A stretch of 61,519 bases of DNA from the IMG/VR virus record IMGVR_UViG_3300042862_000334, positions 1 to 61,519 of that record, one strand, 5' to 3'. The DNA is from a virus. Its lineage: Duplodnaviria; Caudoviricetes. The translations under genes were made by a program, and so were the position numbers. The notes beneath the pieces are model-generated. The model was given only the letters and a program-made list of their open reading frames with translations, made no database searches and was not told the DNA's origin. This document shows, in pieces, positions 1 through 10,968 of this stretch (within the stretch, counting starts at the first letter, position 1; every line of letters starts with the position of its first letter).

Positions 1-3000
1 AGTCAACTCACACCCCAAGAAAAACAATTCATAGCTTCTCAAAAAGAATGGGAAAAAAGAATGGTAAGAGAAGCAATAAAAGAAGCATCACTAAGTGGAG
101 CAACTTCTCTACGTTTTCCTACACCATATACTTTGAGTGTTATTGAAGGGTATATTAAAGGTGGTGGGTTAACTTCAACTACAGCAGGAGATATTATTGA
201 GTATTTAGGAGAAGATTACATTATTTTAAATGGTAGTGAAGATGACGGCGTAAGAATTATTCCTGTTAGAAATATGACAAAAGTTCTAATAGAGGACTTT
301 GAACAATTGAGAGCAAAAGGAGAAGTAGGAGAAGACGAAGATATTTATGACTACTATCTTGGAGATATTGGAGAAGGTGTAGAATCATCTGACGGAGAAT
401 ATTTTTACTACAATCGTAACTATAGACCACAAGGATTAGAAACTATTGAACAAGGTAGTATAGATGGGGCAACAAAAGAAACATTTGACTTATCAGACCT
501 ATCAGAAACACAACAAACAGTTGCTCGTAAATACGAAGAAATCGCAGAAATACTAAAAAAAGAAAAACCTGTTGAAGTAGTAACAGATGAAAATGGATTT
601 GATTGGTATGAAGCACCTATAACACAAGAGGACACACAAAACCCTGTTGTAGCTTTCTCGTTATCAGAAGAATCTCCAACTCTAAAATACCAAACACAAG
701 ATGGACAAGTGTTTTCAGACTACGGACAAGCTTTAAGAAACACACAAGGAGAAGATTTAGAAGCAGGATTAAACACTACTGAAGGATTTAAACCGTTATT
801 CACTATTTCTACAAACACTAATATAAATACAACAGAGGGTATGATTAACAATTTAATCAAATCAGATTTGTTGTCAGGTGAGAAGTATATAGAGAACGGA
901 GTAAATTATTACAAACCACAAGGAAAATCAGAAGCTAAACAAGTGGCTAATGCACAAGTGGTAAAAGATTTACTGCAACAAAAGTTCGGCGTAAAAGCTG
1001 TAAAAGTAAGTAAAGATGGATTTATTTCTATTATAGAAGAAAACAAGAGAGAGAATATTTCTTTGGCGGGAAGAACAATAAAAATAGCAGACTTGCATAA
1101 AATGGACTTCAAAGAGTTGAAAGATAACTTTGGAGAAGACACTGCTATAAATATATTAGCCAACAAAGAGTTCTTAAACGCTTCAAAACAAACAACAGTT
1201 TCAAAACAAGAATTTATCCCTGAAAATGAACTACAAGAAAAGCTTATAAACTTACTAAAAAAGTTCGGCATAAAAACATTAGCTTTTGAAGAATATATTA
1301 AAAAATATGAGATAAGAAATAAACTTCCTATAAACGCAAGAGCTTTAGCTGATTTAGTAAATAAAGTGGTGGCATTTAAAGATGGAAATATTGAGGAAGA
1401 CGACTTATTAGAAGAAACAGCTCACCTTATTGAAGCCTCAATTCCGCAAGAACAAAAAGAAAATATTCTTAGAAATATTCATAAAACTAGAGAGTGGGGA
1501 CAGTTCTCAGAGCAATATAAACAAATATATGCAACAGAGGAAGAAGTAAGAAAAGAAATCTTAGGTAAAGTCATAGCTAATTCGTTTAAAGAACAGTTTC
1601 AAGCAAGAAATACCAATCAAACGGAAGATAGCATCATAAATAAAATTAAAGAACTTGTAAAAGAGTTTTTTGATAGAATTTCCGCATACTTCCAAGACAG
1701 CTTCCAAAAAGAATTAGATACACTTAATAAAGCGTTATATACTAACTTAATGCAAGAAACTTTGCAGTTAGATTTAGGTAATGCAAAAGGAGTGTTTTTC
1801 AATGCAACAGAAGCTTCACCAAAAATCGACAACTTAAAGAATAAGCTTGATAAAATGGTGGAAGGTCTAAGACAAACCACTAGAGAACTTTCTAAGTCAG
1901 CCACTAATTCGGCGGATAGAGCATCTTTAAATATAGCTGAAGAAGCCTTAGAGAGAGGAGAATCTGTAAGAGCTATTGCAACACTTACACAATTAATTGA
2001 TTCACAAGTTAACCAAATTAACAGGTCTTTAGAAAACACTAAAGAAGGAGAGCTTCCAATTTCGGCAGAGGAAAATGTTGTAGCACAAGCACTTAAAGAA
2101 ACTATGATTCCATCTTTGGCAGAAGTTTCGGCAAAGCTAAATCAAAAAGACCCAACAGAAAAAGCTTTGTTAAATGAAGTGCGAGAAGTAATTTCAAAAG
2201 CAAATACAGTTTTTGGAAAAGTTACAACAGCAAGAAAAGCTACTTTCAATGTTATGGTGGATAGCATGATTGAGAAGTATAATATGACAGATAAGGAAAA
2301 AGCTGAATATCAGAATATGATTAATTTAGCTTTGTCAGGAGTACAAGCAGATACAGACTTTTTACACGCACATATTGGTTCTTTGTTACTAGCTAAAAAT
2401 CCACTTTTGAATATGGCAGGACTTATAACCGAGAGAATGAATTTAAGAAAAAATACTCTTGCTCAACCTCTTGTTAAAAAACTTGTGGATGCCTTCGGTA
2501 AATTCTCAAATTCAGATTTGTTAAAATTAATTGACAATAAGACAGGAGATTTAATTCAAGAAAGAGATATTGAGTTAGAGAACAAACTAAAATCCGCAGA
2601 AAAAGTTAAAATAGCAAATAGTATTTTAGCAGAAGCAGGATTAGAAAAAAGAACAGATGAAAATACAGACTTTAAAGAGTTCTTCAACAACTTAGAAGAT
2701 AATAATTTAGGTGTAGCATTCAATGCACAATACCGTCAATGGGAAGAAGATAAGATTAATGTTTTCTACTTCACCGAGCAGTATAGAAAAGCTATGAAAA
2801 TACACCCTATTAAAAACTTCTTTGAAAAAGGTGGAACGCTTACAAATGAAGAAATATCTCCAAACGCAATAGAAACAGATAGAGCTTTACGCGGGCAATC
2901 AACTCAAATTAGAATGAACGCTAAAAATGGTGTTTTGACTAAATCAGATAAAGCCGAGCTTAAAAAAGTTGAGAAGTTAAGAGCAGAACTTTCTAATCCA

Positions 3001-5931
3001 AGAGATTCAGAGGGTAACTTACTTAAAGGTATTAAGGAACACTACAATGAAAACTTACAAAAGTGGGTGGTGGAAATTGATAATACAGATGAAGGATTTT
3101 ATTCTTTATCAGAAGAACAAAAAACAAAAGTAGCTGAAATAGTTGGTCTTAATCAATTAGCTTACTTAAAACAAGATTTTTTCAAAAATAAAGAAGCTCA
3201 AGACTTAGAAAGATTTATAGCAGAAGTAGAGTCTTTACCTATGGAAGAGCAGTGGAAATTCATTGAAGAAAATGCTACGGTTTCTTATCCTAGAGAATAT
3301 TTTGACAACTTTAAAGAAAATCCTAATTTAGTCCAAAAACTAACAGCTTTAGGAACACAGGATGCTTTAGAAAAAGTAAGACAAATTAGAGCTAAAGAAT
3401 CTTTAAGAAATAAAGTTATGCGTGAAATCTCGGTTTACAATAAGCCAGGAGAAACTAACTTTGTTGAGATGCATTCGACGCAAAAAGAAACTATAAAACT
3501 AGCTCAAACAGAATTAGAAAATCTTTACAGCCAAGCTAAAAAACTTCTACCAAAAGACGAAGCAGAAAGAACAGAACTAAATATCGATTCAAGAGTAAAT
3601 GATGCTTACTTAAATCACTTGGAAGATAGTGGAGAAGATGAGTTAACATTTATTATGAATAATGTAACTTCAACAGGTTTATCTGCTATTGAGGGTATGA
3701 GAGCTATTTTGACAGGAAGTAAGTCTACCAACAAAACGTTCAATAAGTATTTTACAGATGATTTAATAAATGAAAGAGGAGAATTAACATCACAAGCAAG
3801 ACAAGCTCTTATTGAATATGGAAAAACTCGTCTATTACCATATCTAAGAAAAACAGAACCTTTAGGCTATACGCAAGCTAAAAACACACTGTCCGCTTCA
3901 GAGTTTATAAAAAGAACGGATTTAGTTTCTATTTCGCCAAACATATCTTACAATGAAAGAATTAATCAAGATGTAAATCAAGAGTATTTAGACAATAGAG
4001 ATGCGGGAAGACCACAAATAAAACAGTCTTGGATAGAGAAAGTACGTTCAGAGCAATATGACAACTTATTTAAAAACGGCGCAAATAAAGAGTTAAAAGA
4101 AGGATATGAAACTCTAAAAACTCTTATGAAAGAAGCTGTTGAAATGCAAGGACTTACAGGTAGAAGAGATATTTATATGAGACCACAAGTAAGAGCAACA
4201 GAAATTGAGCGTTTTACAAGATTAAGTCCAACAGCAATATCTCAAAATATTCAAGAGTTCTTCCAATTCCGACCTGAAGAAAAAGAATTAGGAGAGCAAA
4301 TTAGTCAGGGTATATACACAATACCTAATTACTATAATCAACGATTAGAAGACCCAAAAGAGGTGTCTAACAACTTCTTATATTCATATTCGATGTATTT
4401 TGTCAAGTCGGCGGAAAATAAAGCTAGAAGAGAGAATATCGGAGACATGTTCGTAATAGATGATGTTCTAACAGATACAAAGTTTGAAAGTAAAAGAGCA
4501 GACGCTACTCAAACCTATAAGATGTTTAAAAATTTCAAAGAATTCAATTTCTATGGAGTTCAAGAATCATTCTCCTATGAAATACCTATTATGGGTAGAA
4601 CTATTGACGTAGGTAAGGTTATGAAAGTACTTAATAATTTTGGGAAGAAGATTAATTTGACCACTTTTAGTGTGCCAATCACATCTTTAGGGCAAAGTTT
4701 TACAGCGAAGGCTATGGAAAGATTCATCGGTCAATACATAACACCAACCGCTTCAAATGAAGGAAATAAACTATTTAAGCAACATGCAACAGATGCTATG
4801 AAGGAGTCTATGGGATTTCAGTCTAAATCTTTCTTGAATGTTACACTTGAAGCACTTGGGCTTTACTCGTTAACTCACAGGCTAGAAGATTCACAATACA
4901 ACAAAGCAGGTAGAACTCTCTATAATGTAGGAAGTAAGTTACATGAGATAGCCAATTTCCCTGTTGTGCCAAGAGCTGTTCTAGGAATTATCTGTGATTA
5001 TAGATATGTTGATGGAAAGATAATGGATGAGAAAACATTTAAAAAGCTTAATAAACAAGGCAATTGGACAGACTATAAAATGTTGAAGGACGATTGGGCT
5101 TTAGCTATTAAAGACGGAGTTTTAGATTTTAACAATGAGACTTTTGTAAATGCTGTAAAAGATAAGGTTACATTAAGAGAAGGACAGTCTTTGGAAAGTT
5201 ACTTAGAAGATGTACGACTTAATATTTCAACAAGAGCTCTAGCTTTCGTTCAACAAATTGACTCACAAATCCCGCAACACCAAAAATCTGTTGCACAAAG
5301 AGATGCAAGAATTAATTTTTTCCTGTCACATCAAAATTGGCTTCTTTCAGCTTTACCTCGTAGATTCCGTAACAGAAGTTTTAGTTATGCAGAAGGGGAG
5401 TTTCAAGAAGGTAGTTGGCGAACTGTTTGGGAACTGATTAGAAATTCCAAGGGCAATCCTAGAAAAATGCAAGAACTTTACAAAAACATGGACGATTTTC
5501 AGAAGAAAAATATTGTAAGGGGCGGGATGGAATTAGCTTTTGCAAATGCATTAGCTTTAGTTGCACTAGTGTTAGCTAATTATAATGACGATGATGAAGA
5601 CCCTAACTATTTATTAGCAGTAGCAGATATGTTTGCAACTAGAATAGCTAACGAACAAATATCATCAACTGTAGCTTTACCTAATTCAATATATAAGGCA
5701 ATGAGTCCTAGTATTATGTTGAAGCAGAAGATGGAAGCATGGGTAAAAGTAAATCAACTGTTTGATAGCGAGAAACAAGGTAAGTATTTAGGAAATTTAG
5801 TACCGTTTTTTAGAGATATTACTCGTTTTCAAGACCCTATTGAATATCGTCAAAGTTATCAGTACCTACAGATGGATAATAAAGATGTACTATATAACTA
5901 TGCTTGGTCGTCAAATTTCCTAAAAGAATAG
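1..5931 (+). CDS. Giant phage virion-associated/ejection-type protein (5'-partial, >1976 aa)
   Basis: Frame is open from base 1 (SQLTPQEKQF...) into the 1956-aa ORF. It is largely helical/coiled-coil, with a zincin-like EETAHLIE...EILGKVIA segment and a hydrophobic stretch near the C-terminus, as in giant virion proteins of Bacteroidota phages. Function is inferred. Confidence 0.6.
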   Translation, partial: SQLTPQEKQFIASQKEWEKRMVREAIKEASLSGATSLRFPTPYTLSVIEGYIKGGGLTSTTAGDIIEYLGEDYIILNGSEDDGVRIIPVRNMTKVLIEDFEQLRAKGEVGEDEDIYDYYLGDIGEGVESSDGEYFYYNRNYRPQGLETIEQGSIDGATKETFDLSDLSETQQTVARKYEEIAEILKKEKPVEVVTDENGFDWYEAPITQEDTQNPVVAFSLSEESPTLKYQTQDGQVFSDYGQALRNTQGEDLEAGLNTTEGFKPLFTISTNTNINTTEGMINNLIKSDLLSGEKYIENGVNYYKPQGKSEAKQVANAQVVKDLLQQKFGVKAVKVSKDGFISIIEENKRENISLAGRTIKIADLHKMDFKELKDNFGEDTAINILANKEFLNASKQTTVSKQEFIPENELQEKLINLLKKFGIKTLAFEEYIKKYEIRNKLPINARALADLVNKVVAFKDGNIEEDDLLEETAHLIEASIPQEQKENILRNIHKTREWGQFSEQYKQIYATEEEVRKEILGKVIANSFKEQFQARNTNQTEDSIINKIKELVKEFFDRISAYFQDSFQKELDTLNKALYTNLMQETLQLDLGNAKGVFFNATEASPKIDNLKNKLDKMVEGLRQTTRELSKSATNSADRASLNIAEEALERGESVRAIATLTQLIDSQVNQINRSLENTKEGELPISAEENVVAQALKETMIPSLAEVSAKLNQKDPTEKALLNEVREVISKANTVFGKVTTARKATFNVMVDSMIEKYNMTDKEKAEYQNMINLALSGVQADTDFLHAHIGSLLLAKNPLLNMAGLITERMNLRKNTLAQPLVKKLVDAFGKFSNSDLLKLIDNKTGDLIQERDIELENKLKSAEKVKIANSILAEAGLEKRTDENTDFKEFFNNLEDNNLGVAFNAQYRQWEEDKINVFYFTEQYRKAMKIHPIKNFFEKGGTLTNEEISPNAIETDRALRGQSTQIRMNAKNGVLTKSDKAELKKVEKLRAELSNPRDSEGNLLKGIKEHYNENLQKWVVEIDNTDEGFYSLSEEQKTKVAEIVGLNQLAYLKQDFFKNKEAQDLERFIAEVESLPMEEQWKFIEENATVSYPREYFDNFKENPNLVQKLTALGTQDALEKVRQIRAKESLRNKVMREISVYNKPGETNFVEMHSTQKETIKLAQTELENLYSQAKKLLPKDEAERTELNIDSRVNDAYLNHLEDSGEDELTFIMNNVTSTGLSAIEGMRAILTGSKSTNKTFNKYFTDDLINERGELTSQARQALIEYGKTRLLPYLRKTEPLGYTQAKNTLSASEFIKRTDLVSISPNISYNERINQDVNQEYLDNRDAGRPQIKQSWIEKVRSEQYDNLFKNGANKELKEGYETLKTLMKEAVEMQGLTGRRDIYMRPQVRATEIERFTRLSPTAISQNIQEFFQFRPEEKELGEQISQGIYTIPNYYNQRLEDPKEVSNNFLYSYSMYFVKSAENKARRENIGDMFVIDDVLTDTKFESKRADATQTYKMFKNFKEFNFYGVQESFSYEIPIMGRTIDVGKVMKVLNNFGKKINLTTFSVPITSLGQSFTAKAMERFIGQYITPTASNEGNKLFKQHATDAMKESMGFQSKSFLNVTLEALGLYSLTHRLEDSQYNKAGRTLYNVGSKLHEIANFPVVPRAVLGIICDYRYVDGKIMDEKTFKKLNKQGNWTDYKMLKDDWALAIKDGVLDFNNETFVNAVKDKVTLREGQSLESYLEDVRLNISTRALAFVQQIDSQIPQHQKSVAQRDARINFFLSHQNWLLSALPRRFRNRSFSYAEGEFQEGSWRTVWELIRNSKGNPRKMQELYKNMDDFQKKNIVRGGMELAFANALALVALVLANYNDDDEDPNYLLAVADMFATRIANEQISSTVALPNSIYKAMSPSIMLKQKMEAWVKVNQLFDSEKQGKYLGNLVPFFRDITRFQDPIEYRQSYQYLQMDNKDVLYNYAWSSNFLKE

Positions 5932-5983
5932 AAAGAGGTTTGTTTCAAACAAAAGAAAAAAGATTAATAAAATTATTAAATTT

Positions 5984-6013
5984 AAGGTGGGAGGTAAAAT
6001 TTCCACCTTTTTT
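5984..6013 (+). terminator. Rho-independent terminator after the giant gene
   Basis: AAGGTGGGA/TTCCACCTT stem followed by a T-run. Confidence 0.75.
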
Positions 6014-6063
6014 ATTTGTGTATGTTAATTATTTTTTGTATTATTGCACAATAAATTTTAAAA

Positions 6064-6414
6064 ATGAAACTAGCGGTGATAGGTAGCAGAAATTTCACAG
6101 AATATGACTTCTTCAAAGAAAAGTTAGAATATCTAACACAAAACATAGAAGAAGATATTGTATATGTAAGTGGTGGCGCTATCGGAACAGATAGTTTATG
6201 CAAAAAATACTGCCAAGAAAACAATTATGAACTAATAGAATTTTTGCCAGACTACAAACAATATGGTAAAGCTGCAACACACATAAGAAATAGTCAAATA
6301 GTTGAGTTTTCAGACGCTTTAATAGCGTTTTGGAATGGAAGTAGCCCAGGAACTAAATCAACGCTGGAAAAGGCTAAAAAGAAAGGAATAACAATTAAAA
6401 TAGTGAAGATATGA
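6064..6414 (+). CDS. SLOG/DUF2493 (YspA-like) protein
   Basis: Motifs AVIGSRNF, VSGGAIGTD, IRNSQIV, AFWNGSSPGTK. Confidence 0.8.
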   Translation: MKLAVIGSRNFTEYDFFKEKLEYLTQNIEEDIVYVSGGAIGTDSLCKKYCQENNYELIEFLPDYKQYGKAATHIRNSQIVEFSDALIAFWNGSSPGTKSTLEKAKKKGITIKIVKI

Positions 6415-7375
6415 AAGTAGTTATTAAAACATCTGATTTAGAAAAAGACCCAAACATAATATTAAGTATAGAAACTGCAAGATATTTAGCAAGTCTTTGT
6501 ACAATTGATTTTGATGAAAAATATATAGATATTCCAAAATACTTTAACGAAATAGAAAGATACCATGCAATCCACTATTTAAGATTTAAGCATATTGAAA
6601 AAGATTTTAAACAATTAAAATAGTAAAATTATGAGAGACTATTGGAAGGAATTAAACGACGAATACTTAAATTTCCCAAAAGAAGAAACAGACAAAAATA
6701 TTTTAGAATGGTCGGGAGAGTGGGGTAAAAAAAGTAAAAAACTGTTAGATAAATATGGAAACATATCTTGGTTAATGTTAGAAGCAGCAAATATGTTAAG
6801 AAACGAAGATATTTCAGAAGGAAAGTTTAGAGAATTAGTAAGGTTTTGTTTAGATAAAGAATTTGAAGATGAAAAATAAAGAACAGTTACCAGGAATAAA
6901 TCCACAAACATTTACATTAGTTTTTGATAAAGAGTTTCAAAAAGGAGATTACATTGTAGGGGTTGACCCTTACGAGAAAGAGTCTGAATCTAATTCTTTT
7001 GCCGCCGTAACAATAACAAAACCTAAAAAAAGAATACGGAATTCAAAAGATTAAAGGTTTCAACAGAGTAGTAAATACAGGATGGAGTTATATAACTAAA
7101 ATAGTAAAAATATGACAAAAGAAAAGTTAGCAGAAGAATATAGAAAAACAACTCCAAATCAAATGTATGGAGATAAGTTAGGATTTTTAGCAGGTTTTAA
7201 TTCCGCCGAAAAAGAAATAAAAAAGGAACTGAAAGATTTAAAAAACAAATACAACTCTTGGCTAAAAGAAATAGAAAATGTAAAACTAACTAAAACAATT
7301 AACCAAGAAGAAGTAATTAAATTAAGAGCTAAATTAGAAGTTCTTCAAGAATTAGAAAAGAAATTAAAATTATGA
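6411..7375 (+). CDS. Four small hypothetical proteins (6411-6623, 6631-6879, 6863-7054, 7112-7375)
   Basis: Tightly packed or overlapping ORFs with ATG starts. Confidence 0.6.
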
Positions 7376-7812
7376 CAAAAGAACAATTAGCAGAACAATA
7401 CTGCAACAAAATATATCAAGAAGCTGTTAAAGAAGATATGTATGCACCAGATGTGTACCAATCTAAAAAAGATTTTATTGCTGGATTTACCGCCGCCGAA
7501 CCAAAATGGATAAGTGTAGAAGACAAAACTCCAGAATACAATAAACAAGTTTTAGTAAAATACTTAAAAGGAAAGGAAGAAGTTATAACTCAAGGATATT
7601 TTCAAGATGTAGCACAAGAAACAGCAGATATATGCCATAAAAGTGCTGTAGAAAGAGGTAGATTTTCTGAAAATGGGATAGAGACAGTTGAATATTGGAG
7701 AAATTGTGGGTATGGTTTAACCTGGTTTGATTATGCAGGTAGACAAATTCAATCTTTGGTGGCAAAAACAAGTAAAAATAAGGTGATTACATTTATGGAT
7801 TTGCCGCAATAA
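7372..7812 (+). CDS. DUF551-like phage protein
   Basis: KWISVEDKTP...VLV...ITFMDLP pattern. Confidence 0.5.
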   Translation: MTKEQLAEQYCNKIYQEAVKEDMYAPDVYQSKKDFIAGFTAAEPKWISVEDKTPEYNKQVLVKYLKGKEEVITQGYFQDVAQETADICHKSAVERGRFSENGIETVEYWRNCGYGLTWFDYAGRQIQSLVAKTSKNKVITFMDLPQ

Positions 7813-7970
7813 AAGATAAAAAATAGAATGAAAGAAAAATTTTACTATTGCCAAAGAGAAATAGAAGGACAGTCAGAATGTAAACAACAATGCAACCACT
7901 GTAAAGAATACTATTATCCATTAGAACAAGAAAGAAAAATGGAAGATTTAAAAGAGTGGATAGAAAACAA

Positions 7971-8010
7971 AAACCCAAGTTGAAATTAATCTTCTTGGGT
8001 TTCTTTTTAT
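7971..8010. terminator. Bidirectional terminator at the +/- convergence point
   Basis: AAACCCAAG...CTTGGGTTT hairpin with A-rich left and T-rich right flanks, between converging gene blocks. Confidence 0.75.
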
Positions 8011-8026
8011 TTCAATTCTTTTATAT

Positions 8027-9740
8027 TTAATATATTTTAATGTCCGCCATCCAAAATAAGTCATTAATATCCCTTGAAGAAAGTTCGTTTGGGAACTCAA
8101 ACAACATATCAAACTCTTTACTCATTGCATCTTCACAGTGGAGTCTTAACATACACCAACCATTATCTACTTCAAGTTTAAAAATATCTTTGTGTTGTTT
8201 TAATAACATTAATTTTCCAATAAATTTCTTCTCATTAAAGCGTTTGGCTAATTCTCGCCATTGAGTTTCTGAGTATCTCATTTTAAAAAAATATAAGTTG
8301 TTACTATTTTTAAAAGATTGTGACTTTCTCTTAATTCTTTTTCCGTCCAATCGTTTCTACCTAATTTTAATTCGTACATTTTACCGCCAGAATAAAGGTA
8401 AACATCAAACCCCCAATACGTTATCAAATCAAATGACAACACACTTAAATCCGTTGTTATTAAATCTTTTTGACTATCATATTTTATTAAAGAGTCTACT
8501 TCTTGATGATAGTGAAGTGGGTTTGGATAATCCTTGTGTGGTTCTGTTAAAAATACTGCCTTCATAACAACTTTTTGTTTAAGTATAATTCTAACTTTTT
8601 AATTTCACTCAATTTCCAGTCATGTTGTTCGTTCAATATTAACTCAACCCCAACTAAATCTTCGAGAGTTTCTTGCTTCATTTTATTTTCGCGCAAAAAA
8701 GATAAAACAGAAACAGCAATTTTAGAAGAACTTTCAATCCAATAACTATTAGATTTTCTCCATTTAGCTTTCTCTAACCAACCAGAATCTTTAATAGAGA
8801 CTCTTTCTAGCCATTCTGTGACACTTTCTCCTTCTCTACGTCTATTATAACCTTCAGGTCTAAAAGAAGCTTCAAATGTGTGGAAATTAATTCCGTCTTT
8901 AAGTTCTATCATTACAGCTCTTTTAATAAGTTAATTACTTTTTCTATATTCTCAAATTTAATTACAAGACCTTCACTGTTATCGTGACTGTTCTTGTATA
9001 ATATCTCTGTTATTTTTTCTTTTTTGTCGGCATTTTATAACTCTTTTAACCGTTCAACAATTTCTAAAACTTCTTTTTCTGTTACGTCATATCCTTGAGC
9101 ACCTATTCTAGCATCATTCCCAAACCTTAAAAGAATAAGCTCGTCATCATCACTATTTTGATGTATTTCGTAGTATTCTCCATCCAAATGAAATCCTGGT
9201 AAAAATCCGTGATAGTCAAATGCGCGGGAAAGAGGGTAAAAGACAGAAAAAACTAAAACTTCCTCTAACCTTTCTAATTGTTGGTATAACTCAAATATAC
9301 CTTTTGTTAATGTTACTTTGTTCATATTTGTTTTGTTTTTAAATTTTACTTAATGAATGAAAAGAACCTTGTCCACAATAAGACTCTACTTGATACCCTC
9401 TCCATTCATACATACCTGAAGTAAATATATTATATTTTTTCTTTTTAGCTTTTTTACCTAATTTAGACAAAGCACTATAAAGAGGAGTATATAAAGAAGT
9501 TTCTCCGTCATAATGTTGATTCCAAAGAATATCTCTTCTTTTTTCTGCGTGTTTATGAAATTTCTCAAACAGTATTTCTAAACTTTCGTCAGTTTGTTCT
9601 TTTAAGAAGTTTTTAAATTTCTTTTTCCATCTTTTGTAGAATTCATCTTCTCTATTCCACTTTTCAGCCATTCTATCCATAGAAGCTTGACCTTCTTCAG
9701 AATCTAACCAATCTTTCCATTTTTCAAAATCTATTGCCAT
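8027..9740 (-). CDS. Cluster of hypothetical phage proteins (8027-8279/8350, 8278-8565, 8562-8912, 9035-9325, 9339-9740)
   Basis: Co-oriented, abutting ORFs; no recognisable motifs. Confidence 0.6.
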
Positions 9741-9777
9741 AATTGTTTTGTTTTTCGCCGCGTTAAAAATTAAAGTA

Positions 9778-9809
9778 CAAATATACGAATAAAAACTGAC
9801 ATAAACAAG
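9778..9809 (-). promoter_or_regulatory. Bacteroidota sigma-type promoter
   Basis: Minus strand reads cTTG-N20-TATATTTG (consensus TTTG-N19-21-TAnnTTTG). Confidence 0.7.
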
Positions 9810-9810
9810 A

Positions 9811-9842
9811 AAAACCTCCGAAAAATTAATTTCAGAGGTTTT
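9811..9842 (-). terminator. Terminator downstream of the GIY-YIG gene
   Basis: AAAACCTC...GAGGTTTT hairpin. Confidence 0.65.
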
Positions 9843-9860
9843 ATTTAGATTGAGTTTAAA

Positions 9861-10799
9861 TTAGACGTATATTAAAGATGTTTTGTTTTTACAAGGAGAG
9901 TTACCATTTAACATCTGTTTCATGTGGTTATAACTATATTCATAATATTTAGAAGCTTCACTCAAAGACTGATAAAAAATACCAGTTTCTGTATCGAGGA
10001 CATATTTCATCCAACCTCTTTTTTTATTTGCTCTTTTTAGATTATTGTTAAAATCTTCTAAATACTGTAAACAAGTATCATTACTATTTTTTAATTTATA
10101 ACCTAATGTTTGTGATGGCATATTTATACTTTTAGCAGCTTCTACTATAGTATTGAAAATATCCAATGTTTCTATATTTATAATTTTCCTAAAGTTTTTA
10201 CTTTCTTTCACAAAAGGTAAAAGTCCTTTTTCATAATCTTCTGCATATACGTAGGATGTATCATTATTTGTACGTCTATTTAACTTACTTTTAAAAGCAC
10301 TATAACATATAGGTAAGTTTTCAGAAGCATCTAAGGCACAATCATAAAAGATACCAGTTTCTAAATTTAACACTTCTTTTGCTAAATGATGTTTACCTCT
10401 TGTTTTACCAAACATTATATTTTTTTCTCCGTCTTGGTTACCCTTATTTGATTTTTTCCAATTATTAATCTGCTCTTGTGTTTTTATTACACCTACTGTT
10501 CCCTCACCACCATCTGTTAAATTAACCAATGTTCCGCCACAACAATCAGCACGTTTATAGTAGTCAATCAAAATACACTCTAGTTGACAAGCTGCATCCC
10601 ATGTTATATTATGAGATAAAATCTCTACTTCAAAGCCATATTTTTCAACAACTTTAGTCCACCACTTATTTCTGCCATTTTTTGTATAAGCTCTAGAGTA
10701 TTTTGGTTGATTTCCTATACCTATATAAAAAACCTCACTTGTACCTAATTTTGTATGTCTATAAACATAAGCATCTTTAACATCCTTTTTATCTCGCAT
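9861..10799 (-). CDS. Free-standing GIY-YIG homing endonuclease with NUMOD-type repeats
   Basis: N-terminal YVYRH...FYIGIG, E in LECILI, NLTDGGEG, and three repeats of (VLNL/IINI/VLDT)ET(G)IF. Likely start is MRDKKD at 10799. Confidence 0.8.
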   Translation of the reverse strand: MRDKKDVKDAYVYRHTKLGTSEVFYIGIGNQPKYSRAYTKNGRNKWWTKVVEKYGFEVEILSHNITWDAACQLECILIDYYKRADCCGGTLVNLTDGGEGTVGVIKTQEQINNWKKSNKGNQDGEKNIMFGKTRGKHHLAKEVLNLETGIFYDCALDASENLPICYSAFKSKLNRRTNNDTSYVYAEDYEKGLLPFVKESKNFRKIINIETLDIFNTIVEAAKSINMPSQTLGYKLKNSNDTCLQYLEDFNNNLKRANKKRGWMKYVLDTETGIFYQSLSEASKYYEYSYNHMKQMLNGNSPCKNKTSLIYV

Positions 10800-10815
10800 A
10801 GTATTTAAAAATGAA

Positions 10816-10949
10816 AAACTTCTAACAAAAACCACTACGAATAGTCTTTGAAAGAAGTTTCTCGGTAAAAATAATATCTTAAAAGTTAATCAGTGTTCGT
10901 AGCAAAAATTAACAATACAAATATACGAAAATTAATTCAGATTACCAAA
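10816..10949 (-). promoter_or_regulatory. Promoter plus two-hairpin kissing-loop 5' leader
   Basis: TTTG-N20-TATATTTG at 10949-10918; hairpins at 10816-10860 and 10885-10913 with complementary loops CTACGAA/TTCGTAG. Confidence 0.6.
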
Positions 10950-10968
10950 TTGTTTACAATATTTGTTA

